Assembly: GCA_021151765.1 (NCBI GenBank)
Contig: JAGKWR010000009.1
Coordinates: forward strand, 8,525 to 72,524
Reading direction: 5' to 3'
Length of the DNA stretch: 64,000 bases
DNA from: Alphaproteobacteria bacterium
Lineage (GTDB): Bacteria; Pseudomonadota; Alphaproteobacteria; Rickettsiales; UBA1997
Made by a program: the position numbers and the translations under genes
Notes under the pieces: generated by a model
Told to the model about the DNA's origin: nothing
Seen by the model: only the letters and a program-made list of their open reading frames with translations
Database searches by the model: none
Shown here: piece by piece, positions 46,779 to 57,377 of the stretch
How the letters are laid out: each line of letters opens with the position of its first letter
How positions within the stretch are numbered: the stretch's first letter is position 1

Positions 46779-48554
46779 TTATTGTTTCTCTTCCTTAATT
46801 TCTTTCTTATTCGCCATCTTCTCAAAGATGGTACCGCTCACTTCATTTTCGTCGTAAAGAATTACTTCTTTCATAATTTCAGAGTTGATATCGCGGAAAG
46901 CGTTTAAAGCTTCGTTGATTTCACGAGCGTTTACGCCGACAGATGAAAGTGCTAATTTACTGAGTTGCAAACCAGTTTCGAGATTTTTTGAAACTACCAA
47001 ACTTGCGCCAACTTTTTTAAATCTTTCGGCATTATTTAAAGTTTCGGATTTAGTGACAACAGTACTGCGTGGGAAATTTTCGTGAATGAAACGTGTAATT
47101 TTAATACAAGCTACTTCGTCTTCCATAGCGACAATTACTGATTCGGCGCGTTCGATTCCAACATATTTTAAAATATCAATATTCATGGCATCGCCATAGT
47201 AAATGTTGTAGCCGTTGTTTTTTTCGATGTGAACGATGCGATGATTGCTGTCTAAAATTACATAGTTCAAGCCGCGTTTGCGTAGAATGTAAGAGACAAT
47301 ACGACCAACTTTGGTAAATCCGATGATGATAACGTGTTTGGAAAGTTCATCGATTTCGCGCTTAATTTTGTGATCTTGCAACACATCTTTAGTATAAAGT
47401 TTGGTTTTGATTTTGCGTCCGATATTTGCAAGTAGAGGAGTGAGAGCCATACTGAAAGTAACTACTGTCATCAAAAATTGTGATAGATCAGGCTCCATAA
47501 AGCGTTCTTGAACTGCCATCACAAATACTACGAAACCAAATTCACCACCTTGTGAAAGTAATAAACCAGTGTGAATTGCTGGCGCCATTGGAAAGCGAAA
47601 TATTTTACACAATAAAACTATGATTGACGATTTGATCAAAATTAAAGCACAAGCCGCTGCCATGATGTAGGGAAAGCTACGCAGCAATAAATCAAAGTCA
47701 AAAGACATGCCGATTGTCATGAAAAACAAACCCATCAATAGCGATTTCAAAGACAAAATTTCTTCTTCAACGCGATATTTAAATTCAGTTTCAGCGACCA
47801 TCAAACCAGCGATGAACGCACCAAGGGCAAAAGATAATCCCATATAATCGCTTAAGTAAGCTGATCCTAGAATTACAATTAAAGTAAAGCTGAGGAACAA
47901 AACCTCATTTTTTGAGTTAGCAATTAAACGATAAATCGGACGCAACAAAGAACGGCCAGTAGCAAAAATTATGATCATGGCAATCGCGGCATCAAACAAA
48001 GCTCCGCCAACCGCTGATAAAATATTGGCATCTTTTTTTGCTAAAAGTGGTAATAAAACTAAGACAGGAATTACTGCCAAATCTTGCATCAACAATACTG
48101 AAAATGACAGGCGTCCAACACGAGTAGAATCTTCACCATTTTCAGAAATTACCTGCATAACAATCGCAGTTGAAGATAATGCTAAAGCGCTTCCGACAAT
48201 AATTGAAGTTGCCAAGCCTAAATGGGCTAACTTATAACAAATTAGAAATATAGCTGCGGAAGTTAGAATGATTTGAAGGCTACCAAATCCTAAAACATAT
48301 TTCTTCATGGCCATCAATTTGCCAAAAGTTAGCTCTAAACCAATAGCAAAAAGCAGAAATACTACGCCAAGTTCAGCAATTGAGCTTGTAGTTTCTATAC
48401 TTGTCAAAACACCAAAACCAAAAGGACCAATTGCGGCGCCAGCAACTAAATAACCAAGGGCAGGGCTTAGTCCGAATTGTTTAAAGACAATTACAATCGC
48501 AACGGAAGCAAATAAAAGTACGAGAATGTCGTGAAGATAGCTGATATCGTGCAT
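46779..48554 (-). CDS. CPA2-family monovalent cation:proton antiporter with C-terminal RCK/TrkA-N domain (KefB/KefC-like)
   Basis: About 12 TM segments of Na_H_Exchanger type, plus the Rossmann motif IIIGFTKVGR. 591 aa. Confidence 0.8.
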   Translation of the reverse strand: MHDISYLHDILVLLFASVAIVIVFKQFGLSPALGYLVAGAAIGPFGFGVLTSIETTSSIAELGVVFLLFAIGLELTFGKLMAMKKYVLGFGSLQIILTSAAIFLICYKLAHLGLATSIIVGSALALSSTAIVMQVISENGEDSTRVGRLSFSVLLMQDLAVIPVLVLLPLLAKKDANILSAVGGALFDAAIAMIIIFATGRSLLRPIYRLIANSKNEVLFLSFTLIVILGSAYLSDYMGLSFALGAFIAGLMVAETEFKYRVEEEILSLKSLLMGLFFMTIGMSFDFDLLLRSFPYIMAAACALILIKSSIIVLLCKIFRFPMAPAIHTGLLLSQGGEFGFVVFVMAVQERFMEPDLSQFLMTVVTFSMALTPLLANIGRKIKTKLYTKDVLQDHKIKREIDELSKHVIIIGFTKVGRIVSYILRKRGLNYVILDSNHRIVHIEKNNGYNIYYGDAMNIDILKYVGIERAESVIVAMEDEVACIKITRFIHENFPRSTVVTKSETLNNAERFKKVGASLVVSKNLETGLQLSKLALSSVGVNAREINEALNAFRDINSEIMKEVILYDENEVSGTIFEKMANKKEIKEEKQ

Positions 48555-48690
48555 TAATTAAGTTTTGATTTTAGATTTTTAATTATTTTAGATTCCAACT
48601 TTCAATTAGAGCTAAATTATAGATGCAGTTTTTAAAGCTTGTTGGTTAGAATTTTCAAATCAAAAAATCCATAAATCTAAAAATAATAAA

Positions 48691-49260
48691 ATGAGTATAC
48701 TTTCTGATAAATCGATTGCCGCTCTTGCGAAAAGTCAGGGCATGATTGAACCGTTCACTGAAAATCAAGTGAAGCAAAATTCCCAAGGTGAAAAAATTAT
48801 TTCTTACGGAAATTCATCTTATGGCTATGATGCCAGAGTTTCCAATGAGTTCAAGATTTTTACTAACATTGATTCAGCTATAGTTGATCCGAAAAACTTT
48901 TCAGAAAGCAGTTTTGTAAATCGCACAACTGATGTTTGTATAATTCCGCCAAACAGTTTTGCTTTGGCTCGTACGGTTGAATACTTCCGAATTCCTAAAG
49001 ATGTTTTGGTAGTTTGTGTTGGTAAATCAACTTATGCGCGTTGCGGCATTATTGTGAACGTAACGCCACTTGAGCCAGGTTGGGAAGGTCATGTGACTCT
49101 TGAGTTTTCTAATACTACGCCGTTGCCAGCAAAAATTTATGCCGGTGAGGGTGCTTGCCAATTCTTGTTCTTCAAAGGTGATCAACCTTGTGAAGTTTCT
49201 TACGATAAAAGAAGTGGCAAATATATGGGACAAACTGGCGTTACTTTGCCAAAAGTGTAG
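48691..49260 (+). CDS. dcd: dCTP deaminase
   Basis: MSILSDKSI...SYGYD...[13 protein letters not shown], typical of Dcd; 189 aa. Confidence 0.9.
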   Translation: MSILSDKSIAALAKSQGMIEPFTENQVKQNSQGEKIISYGNSSYGYDARVSNEFKIFTNIDSAIVDPKNFSESSFVNRTTDVCIIPPNSFALARTVEYFRIPKDVLVVCVGKSTYARCGIIVNVTPLEPGWEGHVTLEFSNTTPLPAKIYAGEGACQFLFFKGDQPCEVSYDKRSGKYMGQTGVTLPKV

Positions 49261-49262
49261 AT

Positions 49263-50081
49263 ATGAAAAAAATTTGTCTGTTCATTTTAGTTCTAATTAG
49301 TTTTGAGGCTCTGGCTCAGCAACTTCCTGCTGCCTCATCTAATTCAATTGAGCAGCAAACTATTCCGCAATTTTCTCAACTTTCTGAATATTGGCAAGTT
49401 GCGCCGCAAGCGCCGACTCGTTCAGAAATCAACATTGTACAGCCATCTTCTAAAATTAGTGCTATTCAGAAAGATGATAAAAAAAACTCATTAGCAATTT
49501 TTGAAGAAAAAAAACCAACTCCATCACGCTTTTTTACTGCTGATATCTCAATGCCAGATCGTTTTTCGACTAGTAACAATTTAGCAAAAAAATCAGGATC
49601 ATTTTATCGTGCGTATGGTGAAATAATTTTTGTGAAAGGTACAGTTACTGACTCTTTTGGAGTTCCAATCGAAGGCGCAATTATTGAGATTTGGCAAGCC
49701 AACGCCGCCGGTAAATATCACACTTTGCTTGATGAAGACAGCGAATATTACGATAAATATTTTAGCATGTCCGGCCGCGCTATTACTGATAATTTAGGAC
49801 AATACGATTTTATCACAATTATGCCTGGCTCAAATCCTGGTCGTGGTCCACATATTAACATGAATGTGTATCATCAAAAATTTGGTCGATTGGAAACAGA
49901 AATGTATTTTGAAGATCATCCTTACAATAAAGGAGATTATCAATATATGGCTTACAATGAGCAAGATCGCAAATTAGTTACAGCAAAAGTTCGTCGTTCA
50001 AATTTTGCTGATAAAAACTCAATTAAAATTTGCACCTTCAACATTGTAATGCGTGGTGTTCATCAGTATAAACAATATTAA
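49263..50081 (+). CDS. secreted intradiol-dioxygenase-fold protein (protocatechuate 3,4-dioxygenase beta-like, possibly non-catalytic)
   Basis: Signal peptide, then GTVTDSFGVPIEGAIIEIWQANAAGKY...ITIMPGSNPGRGPHINMNV, which resembles the PcaH core. Two expected iron-ligand positions look substituted. Confidence 0.65.
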   Translation: MKKICLFILVLISFEALAQQLPAASSNSIEQQTIPQFSQLSEYWQVAPQAPTRSEINIVQPSSKISAIQKDDKKNSLAIFEEKKPTPSRFFTADISMPDRFSTSNNLAKKSGSFYRAYGEIIFVKGTVTDSFGVPIEGAIIEIWQANAAGKYHTLLDEDSEYYDKYFSMSGRAITDNLGQYDFITIMPGSNPGRGPHINMNVYHQKFGRLETEMYFEDHPYNKGDYQYMAYNEQDRKLVTAKVRRSNFADKNSIKICTFNIVMRGVHQYKQY

Positions 50082-50098
50082 ATTTTAGTCTTCATTTT

Positions 50099-50536
50099 AT
50101 GAAATCACAAAGACAGCTTCAAATTGGTGAAAATATTAAACGCATCATGTCAGAAATATTTTTGCGTGAAGATATTTTAACAGTTCCGGGAAGCTTGATT
50201 ACAATCTTAGAAGCTGACGTTAGCCCTGATGCTAAAAATGCTAGAATTTATATTGATATTTTTGGTAATGAAAAAATTCACGATAAAATTGTTGAAAAAC
50301 TTAACGATATGCGACCTTTTTTTCGTCACCAAATGTCAAAAAAAGTAGTTTTGAGAACAATTCCAGAAATTGTTTTTATGCTTGATAAAACTCAAGATAA
50401 AGCGATTGGTATTGAAAAATTAATCGCCCAAGAATCTCAAAAATATCAAGAACCAGAAAAAAAGCCTACTAAGCATCAAGTAAAGCCAAAAGCCACTGCA
50501 AATTCAGTCCGCAAATCGACAAAAACTAAAAAGTAA
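50099..50536 (+). CDS. rbfA: ribosome-binding factor A
   Basis: RQLQIGENIKRIMSEIF...ITILEADVSPDAKNARIY matches the RbfA pattern. Has a basic C-terminal extension. Confidence 0.8.
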   Translation: MKSQRQLQIGENIKRIMSEIFLREDILTVPGSLITILEADVSPDAKNARIYIDIFGNEKIHDKIVEKLNDMRPFFRHQMSKKVVLRTIPEIVFMLDKTQDKAIGIEKLIAQESQKYQEPEKKPTKHQVKPKATANSVRKSTKTKK

Positions 50537-50537
50537 G

Positions 50538-51683
50538 ATGAAAAGAATTTCTATTTTAGGATCAACTGGCTCAATTGGTAGAAGCACAATCGAAGTAATA
50601 AAAAACGCGCCGCACGATTTTGAAATTATCGCTTTAGTCGCTCGTAATGATGTTAAAACTTTGATTGAACAAGCATTGTTACTTAAGCCGGCTCATGTTG
50701 TGATTGAAAATAAAAATTACTACTCAGAGTTGAAAGATGCCCTGAAAATATTACCAAAATGTCAGGTGCATTGCGGTTTCGAAGCTATAATTCAAGTTGC
50801 TAAAATAAAATGTGACATAGTTTTGTCAGCAATTGTCGGAGCTGCTGGAATGCTTCCAACATTAGCGGCAATTCAAGCCGGATCGGATATTGCTTTGGCG
50901 AATAAGGAATCCTTGGTTTGTGCCGGCGAATTTTTGATGAAAGCAGTTCAAGAAAATAATGTTAAAATTATTCCCGTTGATTCTGAACATAACGCCATTT
51001 TTCAAATTTTTGAAAAGGATAATCTTGAGCAAATTGAAGCTATAACTCTTACAGCTTCAGGTGGTCCATTTTTTGATTCTGATGTCGATTTTTCTAAAAT
51101 AACAGTTGAGCAAGCGTTGAAACATCCAAATTGGTCGATGGGTGCTAAAATATCGATTGATTCTGCGACTATGATGAATAAAGGCTTGGAAATGATTGAG
51201 GCTTTTCATCTTTTTCCGATAAATAAAAATCAGATCAAAATTTTAGTTCATCCGCAATCAATTATTCACGGAATGGTAGATTACAAAGACGGCTCAACTT
51301 TGGCGATGATGAGCAATCCAGATATGCAAGTGCCAATTTCTTACGCTTTGTCTTTTCCGAAAAGAATGGCGATTAAGTATGAAAAATTAGATTTAGCAGT
51401 ATTGCAGAATCTAACTTTTTTTGCTCCGAAATATGATAAATTTCCTGCTTTGAAGCTTTGTTTTGAAGCTTTGGAAATTGATGGAACTGCTCCAGTAGTT
51501 TTGAACGCGGCTAATGAAATTGCGGTTGCACGCTTTTTAAATAAAGAAATTACCTTCGATAAAATTGCAATAATTGTAGCGCAGACTTTAGATAGAATTG
51601 ATCATAAAAAACCTTATTCGATCGATGAAATTTTAGAATTCGATAGAAGGGCTAGAGAAATTTCTTCCACTATTTCAATTTAA
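50538..51683 (+). CDS. dxr: 1-deoxy-D-xylulose 5-phosphate reductoisomerase
   Basis: ISILGSTGSIG, LANKESLV, PVDSEHNAIFQ, NWSMGAKISIDSATMMNKGLE. Confidence 0.95.
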   Translation: MKRISILGSTGSIGRSTIEVIKNAPHDFEIIALVARNDVKTLIEQALLLKPAHVVIENKNYYSELKDALKILPKCQVHCGFEAIIQVAKIKCDIVLSAIVGAAGMLPTLAAIQAGSDIALANKESLVCAGEFLMKAVQENNVKIIPVDSEHNAIFQIFEKDNLEQIEAITLTASGGPFFDSDVDFSKITVEQALKHPNWSMGAKISIDSATMMNKGLEMIEAFHLFPINKNQIKILVHPQSIIHGMVDYKDGSTLAMMSNPDMQVPISYALSFPKRMAIKYEKLDLAVLQNLTFFAPKYDKFPALKLCFEALEIDGTAPVVLNAANEIAVARFLNKEITFDKIAIIVAQTLDRIDHKKPYSIDEILEFDRRAREISSTISI

Positions 51684-51831
51684 CGCGAATCCTTATTTGA
51701 CATATCTTGAGAGATATTTTGCGAATGGGCGTTTTTTATTTTAAAGTGGGGTTGAACTTTAGAAGTTGAGTTATAATTTGCGCCACCTCTCAATTTTTTT
51801 GAGAAAATTTGTTAACAATTCAAATATCCTT

Positions 51832-52377
51832 GTGAGACCAATTAAAAATCAGCCAACGCAGAATCAGAATTTCGATAAAATGTTTCGTATTAATGATCAA
51901 ATCAAAGCCAATGAGGTGAGAGTTATTGATCAAGACGGAAAAATGCTTGGAGTTATAACGGTTGCTGAAGCCTTGAGAAAGGCGCAAGAAGTTGAATTAG
52001 ATTTAGTTGAAGTTTCACCAAACGTAAATCCACCAGTTTGTAAAATTACCAATTTTGGTAAAATGCGTTACGAGCTACAAAAAAAAGCTGCTGATGCTAA
52101 AAAGAAGCAAAAAGTTGTCGAAGTTAAAGAAATAAAAATGACTATTAATATTGGTAAAGGAGATTTCGATACCAAAATTCGTCATACCAAAGAGTTCATC
52201 GAGAAAGGTAATAAAGTAAAAGTCAGCATTAGAATGAAGGGGCGTGAAATTACACACCAAGACTTAGCTGAAAAGATGATGCAAGATATTTTAAGAGATA
52301 CAGAAAGTTTCGCAAAACCAGAAGTTCCGCATCGTTTGGAAGGTATGCAGATGGTCGTTATACTTATTAAAAAATAA
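51832..52377 (+). CDS. infC: translation initiation factor IF-3 (start codon uncertain)
   Basis: RINDQIKANEVRVIDQDGKMLGV...ELDLVEVSPNVNPPVCKI...VKEIKM. In-frame start candidates are GTG 51832, ATT 51841, ATG 51880 and the ORF-track TTG 51766. Confidence 0.85.
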   Translation: MRPIKNQPTQNQNFDKMFRINDQIKANEVRVIDQDGKMLGVITVAEALRKAQEVELDLVEVSPNVNPPVCKITNFGKMRYELQKKAADAKKKQKVVEVKEIKMTINIGKGDFDTKIRHTKEFIEKGNKVKVSIRMKGREITHQDLAEKMMQDILRDTESFAKPEVPHRLEGMQMVVILIKK

Positions 52378-52394
52378 TTTTTTCAAAGAGTTCT

Positions 52395-55300
52395 ATGGAA
52401 GTAATGCAAAATCTTATTGATCAGGTTATCAGTTTTTCTCATCAACAAAAATATGAAAAAGATTTTTCGCGCGAAAAATTTCTCAATTTCGTAAACTTAT
52501 TTTATTTACAAAACCAAGGTCGTGATTTTGTAAATTATTCAGTTGATGAACTACATAACTCAGCCTTATCAAGCTTTAAGTTTTTTTCTGAAAAGAACTC
52601 AATTTTCAAAGTAAGAATCCATAATCCTTCAGAAAAATCAGACGGTTTTGAATCAATCCATACTTTCTTAGAAGTTGTCTCTGATGATATGCCATTCTTG
52701 GTTGATTCAATTGTTGACCATCTTGATAAAATCGGCGTAGCTATCAAAAATATTGTGCATCCAATTTACTCTGTTAGTCGTGACTCGGGCGGTAACTTAT
52801 TAGAAGTTGATGTAAAAAAAGATTCAAAACATGAATCTGTAATTCAGTTGCACTTAAACAAGATTACTGCCAGTTCTGATTTAGAAATGTTACAGTCAGA
52901 CATTACAAAAATTATCGAAACACTAGTTTTGGTTGTTAGTGATTGGAAGAAGATGATTGACGTTGCTGAGAAAGCAAAATCTCAAGTCGAAAATGCTAAA
53001 AAAATCATAAAAGATCAAAAAGAAATTGCCGAAATAAAGGAGTTCATCTCTTGGATGACTACAGGTAACTTCATTTTGTTAGGTGCGAAAGAATTTAACA
53101 TTAAAGACACAGGAAAAGGCAGCTATATTTTAGAAGAAGTTAAAAATTCCAGCCTTGGTGTTTTTGCATCTACTGATCAAGATGTTATTCCAGAAGTTCT
53201 TAACTCATCTGTTGAAGAAGTTTGTGATTCAGTAAAAAATCCTTATGTTATTGAGATTCTGAAATCACGCTATAAGTCGCGTATTCACAAAATAACTAAT
53301 GCAGAACGTGTTCGTGTTCAAAAAATTTCTGATGAAGGAAAAGTTACTGGTGAATATAGATTCCTAGGATTATTTACTTCGATGGCATACAGCCATACAC
53401 CAAGCAACATTCCTTTGGTAAAGAACAAAATTGCTAAGGTCATAGAAGATTCTGGCTATATTTCAGGAAGTCACAACTACAAAGATTTGGTTTCAGTTTT
53501 GGAATCTTATCCTCGTGATGAGTTATTCCAAACTAATGCTAATGATTTACTACGTATTGCGACTGGTATTGTTGCGATTTGTGGCAGATCACAAGTTAGA
53601 TTTTTCCCACGCAAAGATAAATATAATCGTTTTGTTAGCTGTTTAATTTTTACTCCTCGTGATCGCAGTAACTCTGAGTTGAGAGAAAAAATAAAAAACT
53701 ATCTTGCAGATTTATATAAAGGTGAAGTTGCTGATTCGTTTGTTGAAATCAATGACTCTAAATTAACACGTTTCCACGTAATTATCCGTACAGATAACGG
53801 TATACCTTCTGTCGATACTTTGAAAGTTGAACGTGATATCGCCAATATGACTCGTATTTGGAGTGATGATTTGAGAGAATCTATCTCTGCGAAGTTTGAA
53901 AATGAAAAAAGCATTGCGCTTTTTGCTAAGTATCAGAACGCTTTTTCTGTAAGTTACATTAATCGTTTTGATTCAAAACGTGCTGCTATTGACATTTCTC
54001 GTGTTGAAGAATGTTTGGATAAAAACTCGATTGTTTTCAACTTATATCGTTCAGATGAAAATCTTGCTCCGGAAGTTACAGAATTAAAAATTTACAATCC
54101 TCAGAAAGAGCTTATCCTTTCTGAGATGATGCCAGTTCTTGAAAGCTTTGGTTTCAATGTAATTCAAGAGCATACTTACGTCATAACTCCCGAGTCCGAA
54201 GATCGTAGAGAGTCATCAAAAAAAGTTTGGGTTCACTATTTCCTATTGAATTTGAGCAAACAAGGCGACCAATTTTCTGAAAAAATTAAAATTAATTTCG
54301 AAAAAGCTATCTCTTTGATTTGGAATAAAACGGCAGAAGTTAGTATGCTAAATCGTTTGGTTGTTTCTGCTGATTTGGATTGGAAGCAAATTTACATGCT
54401 TAGAGCCTATTCAAAATACATTCACCAAACTGGCTTTAGATATAGTCAATCTTATGTCGCTGATGTATTGGTTAAGTATCGTGATTTGACTAAATTTTTG
54501 GTTGAAATGTTCGAAGTGAAGTTCAATCCATCATTGAAACTTGATATTGCACAACGTCAAAAAAGAGTTGAAGAAATTACTCATGAAATCTCTTTAGGAT
54601 TAAATCAGGTTAAAGATTTGGTTGATGACGCAACAATTAAAAAATTCCTAAGTGTTATAACTGCGACTTTACGTACAAACTATTATCAATCAGCCAAAGA
54701 AGGTGCTTTTAAAGGCTACGTTTCATTTAAATTTGATTGTAAAAAAGTTTTGGATTTGCCTTTGCCACTTCCTTACGCAGAAATTTTTGTTTATTCTTCA
54801 ACTATGGAAGGTGTTCATTTGCGTGGTGGAAGAGTTGCTCGTGGTGGCTTGCGTTGGTCAGATCGTCATGAAGATTTCCGTACAGAAGTTTTAGGTTTGA
54901 TGAAAGCTCAAATGACTAAAAACGCAGTTATTGTTCCAGTAGGTTCGAAAGGCGGTTTTGTTGTTAAAAAACCAACCGCTGGCTTGTCCCGTGATGAAGT
55001 TTTAAAAGATGGTGTTTCATCTTATCAAACTTTCTTGCGTGGATTGCTTGATGTAACAGATAACGTTGTTGAAGGAAAAATTATTCATCCTCAAAATGTT
55101 GTAATGCATGATGCGGCTGATCCTTATTTGGTAGTTGCTGCTGACAAAGGTACTGCAACTTTCTCAGATATTGCTAATGGTATTTCTGCCGAATATAATT
55201 TTTGGCTTGGTGATGCTTTTGCTTCTGGTGGTTCAGTTGGGTATGATCACAAAAAAATGGGTATCACTGCAAAAGGTGGTTGGGTTTCTGTAATGCGTCA

Positions 55301-57236
55301 TTTCCGCGAAATGGGGCACGACACTCAAACTCAAGATTTCACTTGTGTTGGTATTGGCGATTTAGCCGGAGACGTTTTCGGAAATGGTATGTTGTTGTCA
55401 AAACACATTAAGTTAGTCGCTGCTTTCAACCATATGCATATTTTCTTTGATCCAAATCCTGATGCGGCAAAATCATTTGAAGAACGTGTTCGTATGTTCA
55501 ATTTACCACGCTCAAGCTGGACAGATTATGATAAATCTTTGATTTCTAAAGGTGGCGGTATTTTTGAAAGAAGTGCTAAATCAATTAAAATTTCTGAGGA
55601 AGTGAAAGCAATTCTCGCGATCAATGAAGATGAACTTGAACCTAATGAATTAATCAAAGCTATCTTGAAAGCTCCTGTTGACTTGTTGTGGAATGGTGGA
55701 ATTGGAACTTATGTTAAAGCTCTTGACGAATCTCATCAAGAAGTCGGTGATCGTGCTAATGACAATTTGCGTATCAACGGCTCGGATCTTCGCTGCAAAG
55801 TTGTTGGTGAAGGGGGAAATTTAGGTTTCACACAAAAAGGTCGTATTGAATACGCTTTGAAAGGCGGACGCGTTAATACAGATGCAATGGATAATTCAGC
55901 TGGTGTGGATTGTTCGGATCATGAGGTAAATATCAAAATTGCTTTGATTCAAGCAATGCGTTCTAACAAAATAACTTTGGAAGAAAGAAATGTCGTTCTT
56001 GAAAAAATGACAGATGAAGTTTCTAACTTAGTTTTGTTGGATAATAGACTCCAAACTCAAGCAATATCGATCGCCTCATCTCAAGGAATTTCTAATATTG
56101 GTAACCAATCACAGTTTTTGGACCGTTTAGAGAAATCAGGTTTATTGAACCGTAAAATCGAGTTTTTGCCTTCGAAAAAAGAAATTGAAAAAAGACAGTC
56201 AGATAAAATTGGATTAACCCGTCCAGAACTTTGTGTGATGTTGGCTTACTCTAAAATGGATATTTACAACGCTCTCTTGACTTCGGATTTATTGAAAGAC
56301 AAGTATTTTGAAAATGAACTCTTGTCATATTTCCCTAAAATGATGCAAGAAAAGTTCTCTGAAGAAGTTCTGAGCCATCAACTCCGTAATGAAATTATCG
56401 CAACTCAAATTACAAACTTTGTTGTAAACCGAGCTGGAATAACTTTTGTAAACCAACTTTGCCAAGAAAGCGGTTTTGGGATTAGCGATGTTGTTAAAAG
56501 CTTCATAATAGCATGTGATTCCTTTAGACTTCGTGAGATTTGGCAAGAAGTTGAAAATCTTGATGGAAAAGTTGATCCTCAAATTCAGTCTCAGATGTTT
56601 TTGGCATCAAGTAAATTAATAGAAAGATCAACCTTGTGGTTATTACGCAATCAGTCAAAAGGTGAAATTGCTCCAATCGTGACTCGTTTTAGAAAAAATG
56701 CTGATGAGCTTTTAACAGTTTTATCTGATGTTTTGGCTAAAGCTTCTCGTGATTCTTTTGAGCGTAAAATTGATAAATACTGTCTAAACAACGTTGAACG
56801 TAAATTGTCAGAAAAAATCGCATCTCTAGATCCTTTGGCTTCTGTTTTCGATATTGCTGAAATTTCTTCAGACTCAAATTCTGACATAAAAACAATTGCC
56901 AAAATATATTTTGCAGTAGGAAACAGGTTTTCCTTGAAATGGTTACGCACTAAAGTTTCGGGAGTTAACTATGAAAATCACTGGCAAAGACTTTCTTCAA
57001 AAACGATTTTAGAAGATTTGTACACATATCAGATGAAAATCGCTAAAAGTATTGTAGAGTCTGTTTCTAAGGATAATAAAACTTCTCCAGATATTTGTTT
57101 GGAAAACTGGATTAACAAATCAGAGTTTTTGGTGGAAAGATTTGACAACTTTATTACCGAGTTAAAAGATCAAAACAATCCTGACTTATCGGTGTTTATT
57201 GTTGCTTTAAATCGTCTAAAGCCTTTGGTTAACTAA
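52395..57236 (+). CDS. gdhB: NAD-specific glutamate dehydrogenase, large (about 180 kDa) class
   Basis: 1613 aa with the Bac_GDH core (HLRGGRVARGGLRWSDR, MTKNAVIVPVGSKGGF, VVAADKGTATFSD, GGNLGFTQ). Confidence 0.9.
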   Translation: MEVMQNLIDQVISFSHQQKYEKDFSREKFLNFVNLFYLQNQGRDFVNYSVDELHNSALSSFKFFSEKNSIFKVRIHNPSEKSDGFESIHTFLEVVSDDMPFLVDSIVDHLDKIGVAIKNIVHPIYSVSRDSGGNLLEVDVKKDSKHESVIQLHLNKITASSDLEMLQSDITKIIETLVLVVSDWKKMIDVAEKAKSQVENAKKIIKDQKEIAEIKEFISWMTTGNFILLGAKEFNIKDTGKGSYILEEVKNSSLGVFASTDQDVIPEVLNSSVEEVCDSVKNPYVIEILKSRYKSRIHKITNAERVRVQKISDEGKVTGEYRFLGLFTSMAYSHTPSNIPLVKNKIAKVIEDSGYISGSHNYKDLVSVLESYPRDELFQTNANDLLRIATGIVAICGRSQVRFFPRKDKYNRFVSCLIFTPRDRSNSELREKIKNYLADLYKGEVADSFVEINDSKLTRFHVIIRTDNGIPSVDTLKVERDIANMTRIWSDDLRESISAKFENEKSIALFAKYQNAFSVSYINRFDSKRAAIDISRVEECLDKNSIVFNLYRSDENLAPEVTELKIYNPQKELILSEMMPVLESFGFNVIQEHTYVITPESEDRRESSKKVWVHYFLLNLSKQGDQFSEKIKINFEKAISLIWNKTAEVSMLNRLVVSADLDWKQIYMLRAYSKYIHQTGFRYSQSYVADVLVKYRDLTKFLVEMFEVKFNPSLKLDIAQRQKRVEEITHEISLGLNQVKDLVDDATIKKFLSVITATLRTNYYQSAKEGAFKGYVSFKFDCKKVLDLPLPLPYAEIFVYSSTMEGVHLRGGRVARGGLRWSDRHEDFRTEVLGLMKAQMTKNAVIVPVGSKGGFVVKKPTAGLSRDEVLKDGVSSYQTFLRGLLDVTDNVVEGKIIHPQNVVMHDAADPYLVVAADKGTATFSDIANGISAEYNFWLGDAFASGGSVGYDHKKMGITAKGGWVSVMRHFREMGHDTQTQDFTCVGIGDLAGDVFGNGMLLSKHIKLVAAFNHMHIFFDPNPDAAKSFEERVRMFNLPRSSWTDYDKSLISKGGGIFERSAKSIKISEEVKAILAINEDELEPNELIKAILKAPVDLLWNGGIGTYVKALDESHQEVGDRANDNLRINGSDLRCKVVGEGGNLGFTQKGRIEYALKGGRVNTDAMDNSAGVDCSDHEVNIKIALIQAMRSNKITLEERNVVLEKMTDEVSNLVLLDNRLQTQAISIASSQGISNIGNQSQFLDRLEKSGLLNRKIEFLPSKKEIEKRQSDKIGLTRPELCVMLAYSKMDIYNALLTSDLLKDKYFENELLSYFPKMMQEKFSEEVLSHQLRNEIIATQITNFVVNRAGITFVNQLCQESGFGISDVVKSFIIACDSFRLREIWQEVENLDGKVDPQIQSQMFLASSKLIERSTLWLLRNQSKGEIAPIVTRFRKNADELLTVLSDVLAKASRDSFERKIDKYCLNNVERKLSEKIASLDPLASVFDIAEISSDSNSDIKTIAKIYFAVGNRFSLKWLRTKVSGVNYENHWQRLSSKTILEDLYTYQMKIAKSIVESVSKDNKTSPDICLENWINKSEFLVERFDNFITELKDQNNPDLSVFIVALNRLKPLVN

Positions 57237-57239
57237 ACA

Positions 57240-57271
57240 ATACTTGCCTGAATTTTAGGCAAGTATGTTTT
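57240..57271 (+). terminator. rho-independent terminator after gdhB
   Basis: ATACTTGCCT-gaatttt-AGGCAAGTAT followed by gtttt, beginning 4 nt after the stop. Confidence 0.75.
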
Positions 57272-57276
57272 CAAGT

Positions 57277-57363
57277 GCGGTCGTGGCGGAATTGGTATAC
57301 GCGCAACGTTGAGGTCGTTGTGGGGTAAAACCCGTGGAAGTTCAAATCTTCTCGACCGCACCA
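57277..57363 (+). tRNA. tRNA-Leu (anticodon GAG), long variable arm, CCA encoded
   Basis: Acceptor GCGGTCG/CGACCGC, D region GTGGCGGAATTGGTATACGCGC, anticodon stem CAACG/CGTTG with loop TTGAGGT, variable arm TGGGGTAAAACCCGT, T loop TTCAAAT. Confidence 0.9.
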
Positions 57364-57377
57364 ATTAAATAAAACTT

